Assembly: GCA_963845145.1 (NCBI GenBank)
Contig: CAWJQU010000002.1
Span: forward strand, 512,001 to 576,000
DNA length: 64,000 bases
Direction: 5' to 3'
From: an uncultured delta proteobacterium
GTDB taxonomy: Bacteria; Desulfobacterota; Desulfobacteria; Desulfobacterales; QNYZ01
Shown in pieces: positions 58,979 through 64,000 of this stretch. Positions within the stretch are counted from its first letter, which is position 1; each line of letters opens with the position of its first letter. A program made the position numbers and the translations under genes. The notes beneath the pieces were generated by a model that worked only from the letters and a program-made list of their open reading frames with translations, searched no databases and had not been told where the DNA came from.

Positions 58979-59010
58979 TAAACATCAAGCAAGTACTAAC
59001 GTAGAATTCG

Positions 59011-59040
59011 TTCACGACGCAGCCTAAGCCGCGCCGTGAA
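59011..59040 (-). terminator. Hairpin between convergent epmA and rhodanese genes
   Basis: On the minus strand TTCACGGCGCGGC-TTAG-GCTGCGTCGTGAA pairs fully with G-U wobble pairs. Confidence 0.45.
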
Positions 59041-59124
59041 GGTTATTTGCCAGAGGCTGACCTGACTTGAACCCGGTATTTGTAACCCGGTTTAATTAAA
59101 AATGGCCAACTCACTCGTTTGAGC

Positions 59125-59538
59125 TTATTTTTCATCCACCGGAAACTTGGCCCGGGACCATTCTCGCCAACCGCCCTTAAGTGCATGAACATCGGTGAAC
59201 CCTTTTTCCATCAACTTCCGTGCCGCACCGGCACTGGTGTATTCATTGGGTCAGGCGCAATAGAGCACCGTCGTTTTAGTCTTATCCGACTTTTCCGCCC
59301 AAGCACTGATATTTTTTGTGTCAACCCGCTGGGCGCCCTGGATTTTAAATTCACTTGAATTCCAATCCCGGCCTTGACGAACATCCAAAACCACAACATC
59401 CCCTTTTTCCATGTATTCACTTAATGTTTCCTTGGTCATCAAGGGTACATCCGCAGCGATGGTCAATGGAACGACCGTTGCCAGGATTAACGTCAACGCA
59501 CTTGCCATAAGAATAACTTGTCGATTTAACTTAAACAT
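59125..59538 (-). CDS. Rhodanese-like selenoprotein (CxU, Sec at codon 96; 137 aa)
   Basis: VLYCA-TGA-PNEYTSAGAARKLMEKGFTDVHALKGGWREW continues the rhodanese fold in frame; SECIS-like hairpin follows. Confidence 0.9.
59220..59234 (-). promoter_or_regulatory. Bacterial SECIS-like hairpin
   Basis: GTGCCG-GTG-CGGCAC, apical loop starting with G, 22 nt after the UGA. Confidence 0.7.
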
Positions 59539-59587
59539 TATCGTTTCTCCTCTCTTGATTGCTTTTAGAAAAAAATATCCGTCGCCG

Positions 59588-60877
59588 TTACCAACGGTTA
59601 GGTGGAAATTTTGCTATCCACCCCATGATCATGAGCGAAATACCCATAACCAAAGGAATGGCAACCAGCAGAAATGCCATCATCCGTGGTTCCGGTTCCA
59701 TTGCGGCCATTCCGCCAATAGTCAATGCTAAGCCGATCAGGGCAAGCCATGGCATCAGCCCGGCTGCCTTTCCATCATGATGGTTAAAAGATGCTGCCTC
59801 CAGACGCGTCAAACGCCAGGCGGTCAAATTCACCGCGCCGTAATGGATCAGCCAAAAGATCACACCAACGCGGATGAAGGTCTCCAGGACAGGATCCCCG
59901 GCCCAACCGCCTGCCATAGCCAAAGCCGTAACCAAACATAAAATGATAAGTGCGGGTATTGTTCCCCGACGGATCGATTTTTCCGAACCCTCCGTGGCGG
60001 TCAGTTTGTCCACTGGTTTCAACAGCTTGGCCAGTATTTGGCTGACGCCATACAGCAGCCCATTGACCGCAGCGAAGACACCCGCAATGACAATAACGCC
60101 CATGATGATTCGCCCGGTTTGACCCAGCAGTGCACGGGCAATGACCATATGGGCAATGGTGGTGTTGGCCAGTTTGGCTTGGGGAACCCGGCTCAAACCG
60201 ATCCACCCCCAACATGCCAAAAGACTCCCACCGAATAAAATGGCCCAAAGAATAGCCGGCCAAGGAATACGCTTTGGCGGCATCGATGCCAAAAGGCCGT
60301 AAATGGCCAGATCAAATCCGATTACCGCGACAACCCCAGACACCAGATAGGCCGGGGAACCATTTAACGTGAACGCAGGGTTTTGGATCATTGTGTTTGA
60401 AGCCCACAAAGCGCTTACCGATAAAGCGAGTATTCCCATAGCAATGACAGCCACGGCACCGATTTGACCCACCGCCACGGCTCTTTGCCCCAGTAAATTA
60501 ACGCCCATCACAACACCCAAAAACAAATAAGCAAATGCAAAGTTGGGAAACCAGTAAACAAAAACCTCATTGAAAACAAACCCGGCGGAAACCAGCAACC
60601 CTGTTGATGCGCCCACGGCCAGGGGCACCTTGCCGCACAGGAGAATCAGCTTCGCCGCCGTCAAACCCCAAAATCTTTGAAACGCACAAAGTTCGCCGCC
60701 CCGTTGGGGAGAACCAGCTAAAATTTGGCGAAAACTGCGAAGGGTCGCCCACTGTATCCCCACCCCGAAGACCAAAGCGGGAAAAGCCAACAGGCCAACG
60801 TGTCCCAACGCATTACCCCAAAGATTGAGGGCATCGGGCGTAAACATCAATCCACATGCTAGCGCGAAGGTGAACAA
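59588..60877 (-). CDS. APC-superfamily amino acid permease-like protein
   Basis: About 12 TM segments, GFVFNEVFVYWFPNF; start uncertain. Confidence 0.7.
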   Translation of the reverse strand: MFTFALACGLMFTPDALNLWGNALGHVGLLAFPALVFGVGIQWATLRSFRQILAGSPQRGGELCAFQRFWGLTAAKLILLCGKVPLAVGASTGLLVSAGFVFNEVFVYWFPNFAFAYLFLGVVMGVNLLGQRAVAVGQIGAVAVIAMGILALSVSALWASNTMIQNPAFTLNGSPAYLVSGVVAVIGFDLAIYGLLASMPPKRIPWPAILWAILFGGSLLACWGWIGLSRVPQAKLANTTIAHMVIARALLGQTGRIIMGVIVIAGVFAAVNGLLYGVSQILAKLLKPVDKLTATEGSEKSIRRGTIPALIILCLVTALAMAGGWAGDPVLETFIRVGVIFWLIHYGAVNLTAWRLTRLEAASFNHHDGKAAGLMPWLALIGLALTIGGMAAMEPEPRMMAFLLVAIPLVMGISLMIMGWIAKFPPNRW

Positions 60878-61046
60878 TGCCGTTGGGATTGAAGTTTGGA
60901 TGTTTGACCTCCTGTGTTGGTAAATTACTATTTTGAATACTTGTCGCCGAAAGGTAATATTCCTTACAATTGAAATAATAAATATGGCCCGTATTGCCGG
61001 AGAAGAATTATTCGTATAATATGATCATCAAAAACATGATTTCACA

Positions 61047-61074
61047 CTTTTGATGGCTTTTTACGATTTCATCA
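61047..61074 (-). repeat. Solo end of the MITE-like element
   Basis: Reverse complement TGATGAAATCGTAAAAAGCCATCAAAAG matches 47900-47927 at 26/28. Confidence 0.75.
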
Positions 61075-61375
61075 CTTTTGGCATGCGATTAAATGAGAAT
61101 TTTTATCATGATCAATCTGAGCCGGTCTAAAAAACCAAGCTCAAATAGAGAGGTCCTGGAAACTCACATTGAATTGGCTTTAAGAGTCGCCCCGCTTCCT
61201 ATGGGTAAATAGATAATGCATTCCATAATATTCATGAAATTCTTTTCTCATTTCAATCAATTAAATGCCGATTTCTTTTTAACCTATCGAAATAAAATAG
61301 TATTTTATTGTTAAGACCATGGCATACATATTGCTTTATTTGTATCCAAAAATAACCATTGGAGAAAATACCGTA

Positions 61376-62599
61376 ATGCTAAGCGAAAAGAATACCCGGC
61401 AACCATCGACGAAAAAAGTGTGGTTCATCTCGCCGGGGCAATATGCAAAGGACGACCAAAAGACCGATCGGCATGCCGGAGAGGCAACGGCGACGGTGAC
61501 ATATAAAATATCTGAAATCGCCGATTACATGTTAAATCCTGCTTCTTTAGAGATTCAGAGTAAGCTTGTAGGGTGTAACATCCACCACAACCAAAGCCAT
61601 AAACAGGGGGCCAATAAATCGGGAGCCCATAAACTCGGGGCATGGTACCGAAAGTTGTTAAATAAAGTATTGCCTGGAAAGATAAATCCGGGATTAAACA
61701 CCCAATCGCGATTGCCGGAAATGGTGACATCCGAAATGGATACGGAGCCAGGCCAGATAAAGGATAAAAACCTGCGCTTGCACATCCGTGGCATTTATAA
61801 TCAATTAAAACCATATGATCCCGTGATCAAAGCCCTATCCGGCCTGGATTTACAATCCGTATCAGATATAGAGGGCGTGTGTCGCGACGAGGCCGGAAAT
61901 TTCACAAATATTGCCCTATCCGGCACCTTGGACGAAAAAATTTCTTATATCATTAAAAATCTTTTGCAACAGGTACCGCTTGCATTGAAAAAAGCGTATA
62001 TGGGCGACGGACTATTTGAGATGAGCGGGTTTGATTTTTCAGCCTACAAACCTGAAAATACCTACTGGTTGGTTAAATCGATGGAAAAGGGCAATAGCCA
62101 AGCCTATGTTCTATCCAATGACCAAAAAGTGAGATATCATGTTCAGAATATCGAATTTGTCTTTTACCTGCAATTGTTAGAACAATTATTAAAGGTCAAC
62201 CCGGAATTAATGAATGCGTTGGCCATGTGCATTGCGGATAAAGCAAAACCCTCGAAATTATTTTTCAAACGCCAACTAGGCATCGATTATTCCCCGGAAC
62301 AGATACCTGAAATATATCAAGAGGTATTTAAAAAGTATAACATCGATGTGAGCCAAAAAAAAATTGTGGCCAATGCGCTACGCGATCGTCAACTCGGCAT
62401 CTCTTTTATGTATGTGCCCCAAAACGACTCGGGCAAAAATTGTCTGGAGACCAATCTATCTGTTTTGCACAACTACAGGGCCCTGGACGCAATTAGGAAA
62501 GAGGCACCGCAAGTGTTTTCGGAAATAGGTAACATGGCGGCAACAACAGATGTAGGGAAATTCTATCTTCTCGATAAATATAACGGGTCTACCCAATGA
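61376..62599 (+). CDS. Hypothetical soluble protein (about 407 aa)
   Basis: Long ORF, RBS GGAG, ATGA overlap with the next gene; no motif recognised. Confidence 0.8.
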   Translation: MLSEKNTRQPSTKKVWFISPGQYAKDDQKTDRHAGEATATVTYKISEIADYMLNPASLEIQSKLVGCNIHHNQSHKQGANKSGAHKLGAWYRKLLNKVLPGKINPGLNTQSRLPEMVTSEMDTEPGQIKDKNLRLHIRGIYNQLKPYDPVIKALSGLDLQSVSDIEGVCRDEAGNFTNIALSGTLDEKISYIIKNLLQQVPLALKKAYMGDGLFEMSGFDFSAYKPENTYWLVKSMEKGNSQAYVLSNDQKVRYHVQNIEFVFYLQLLEQLLKVNPELMNALAMCIADKAKPSKLFFKRQLGIDYSPEQIPEIYQEVFKKYNIDVSQKKIVANALRDRQLGISFMYVPQNDSGKNCLETNLSVLHNYRALDAIRKEAPQVFSEIGNMAATTDVGKFYLLDKYNGSTQ

Positions 62600-64000
62600 C
62601 AGGTGTTTACGATAAAAAAGACCATGAATGGATCAAGGAGTTAACGCAGTATCCCCGGGTGCTATCTCAGCAGCTATCCTATTTCACAGATACTTCCGAG
62701 ATTTCCATCCCCGATGACCCCATTGAGCAGGTCATTTTTCAAGACAGGGCGAAGGCAGCCATCCGACAAATTGCTCACAATAGGGGGCATATCCTGATGG
62801 TGGGCATGCCCGGAACCGGAAAATCCATGCTCTCCAATATGTTCAATAGCGTCGTCGACAGATCCATGGGAGCGTATTTAAGGCCCAAAGATTCGATTGT
62901 TGCGTATCCGGGAAAGGACAAAAACCATATACGCATCGCTTACGAAAAGCCCGAAGCCATTGACGAGGAAATTACTAAAATCAATGAAGCCATCCATTTG
63001 GCGCAAAACAGTGTGGACGAGTTTAATTTATCCGAGCAGATCCATTCGGTTAAAAGAGTCAAGAAAGGCTTAATGTGGGCCACAGCGATAACCGCCGTAA
63101 CAGGTTTCTTCTTTCCCCCGGCGTTTATTGCGACAGGGCTCACCGGTATCGGCGCCATTTTTATGTATATCCAGGAAAATAACCACGCCGTACAGGAAAA
63201 AATTCAGCAGGCGAACCATCAAACCAAAAGCAATGAAGTGAAACCCCTGCAGGACCTCGTGCCGGAAATCCTTTATGACCCGCGAAAAGCGAAGGCCTTA
63301 ATGACGAGAATCTCGGAACCGGACTCAAGAAACATGAAGGGTGGTTTCCGACATGATCCCTATCAATCCGGTCTTCTTCATACACCGGCTCACAAACGGG
63401 CTTATTTGGGTGCCCACGCCAAGTCACCCATTATCTATATCGATGAATTAAAGGCCATGGTCAAAGCCGGCTATATGCCCGATTTGTTGGAGATCATGCA
63501 AAACAAAACCTATATGCTCGAAGGCGGAAAAAATACCGGCAGTGGGTCCGCCGACCGGTCAGAAAGCCGGATAAAGGCAGAGAACATAATCATTGCATGT
63601 TGCAATCATGATACCCTCCGGTATCTCCAGGAAGAAAACGACGGTGCTTTTTTGAGCAGGATTGAAGATAAGGGCGAAATCGTTTACCTGAAAAGTGCCG
63701 TCCCCGAAAGCCTTAATACGAATAAACAGGTTGCCCAATACATCAAGCAGGAAATCATCAATCTGGAGAATGAATTTCAGGAAGCGTGGTCTGATGTTCT
63801 GGAGCAAGAGGGATATGAGGGGGTCAGAAAAAGAAGCGAACAGGTCTTCGGCAAACCACTTCCCCCCGATTATAAGCTGACGGTTCGAGAATTTTCGAAA
63901 AATGCCGTTCTCGAGATCATTAAAGAACTCAGGTGTCGCGCGTCGGACAAGAAGTTGAGCAGTATGTTGCGACCGATAAACGGTATTGTTAAAACGGCGG
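62596..64000 (+). CDS. LonB-like AAA+ ATPase/protease with TM insert (3' end outside window)
   Basis: Manual translation open to the window end: TSEISIPDDPIEQVIFQD, GMPGTGKSML, hydrophobic hairpin, RHDPYQSGLLHTPAHKR, IYIDE, AFLSRI. Absent from the ORF track. Confidence 0.85.
   Translation, partial: MTGVYDKKDHEWIKELTQYPRVLSQQLSYFTDTSEISIPDDPIEQVIFQDRAKAAIRQIAHNRGHILMVGMPGTGKSMLSNMFNSVVDRSMGAYLRPKDSIVAYPGKDKNHIRIAYEKPEAIDEEITKINEAIHLAQNSVDEFNLSEQIHSVKRVKKGLMWATAITAVTGFFFPPAFIATGLTGIGAIFMYIQENNHAVQEKIQQANHQTKSNEVKPLQDLVPEILYDPRKAKALMTRISEPDSRNMKGGFRHDPYQSGLLHTPAHKRAYLGAHAKSPIIYIDELKAMVKAGYMPDLLEIMQNKTYMLEGGKNTGSGSADRSESRIKAENIIIACCNHDTLRYLQEENDGAFLSRIEDKGEIVYLKSAVPESLNTNKQVAQYIKQEIINLENEFQEAWSDVLEQEGYEGVRKRSEQVFGKPLPPDYKLTVREFSKNAVLEIIKELRCRASDKKLSSMLRPINGIVKTA

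Noticed and set aside
782..63880. Numerous antisense and overlapping ORFs in the track (e.g. 1144-1791, 15386-16132, 30174-31007)
   Set aside because: Shadow frames of well-supported genes with no recognisable motifs.

Overview
64 kb of chromosomal DNA. Gene content (sigma54 two-component regulation, IOR, DUF2889, DUF1566, a rhodanese selenoprotein) suggests an anaerobic Desulfobacterota (Desulfobacterales-like) organism; this is inferred, not searched. About 55 CDSs. They include a sigma54-controlled Liv-type ABC plus acyl-CoA ligase operon, ALDH7/LysR, a LytS/LytTR system, AlgI/AlgJ-like acetylation genes, an M43 protease, AzlCD, an OYE-type oxidoreductase, a Dpp-type ABC with two amidohydrolases, iorAB, a penicillin acylase, mrcB with a TPR lipoprotein, hisD, transaldolase and epmA. 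No rRNA, tRNA, CRISPR array, intact transposase or integrase was recognised. The ORF track misses or splits several things: (1) a UGA-recoded CxU rhodanese selenoprotein with a SECIS-like hairpin; (2) a membrane-anchored, archaeal-LonB-like ATPase at the right edge, coupled to an unknown protein; (3) a rubrerythrin remnant; (4) a rearranged hotspot at 44.3-48.7 kb where two different cargos (an NTase/small-protein pair, and a Gly-rich exported protein with a candidate ncRNA) sit in tandem between duplicated DUF3187-3' and acylase-3' flanks; (5) a sigma54 promoter with tandem enhancer palindromes and a stand-alone Fis-like HTH. Several single-base frameshifts in otherwise intact genes suggest long-read consensus errors, so pseudogene calls need read-level confirmation.
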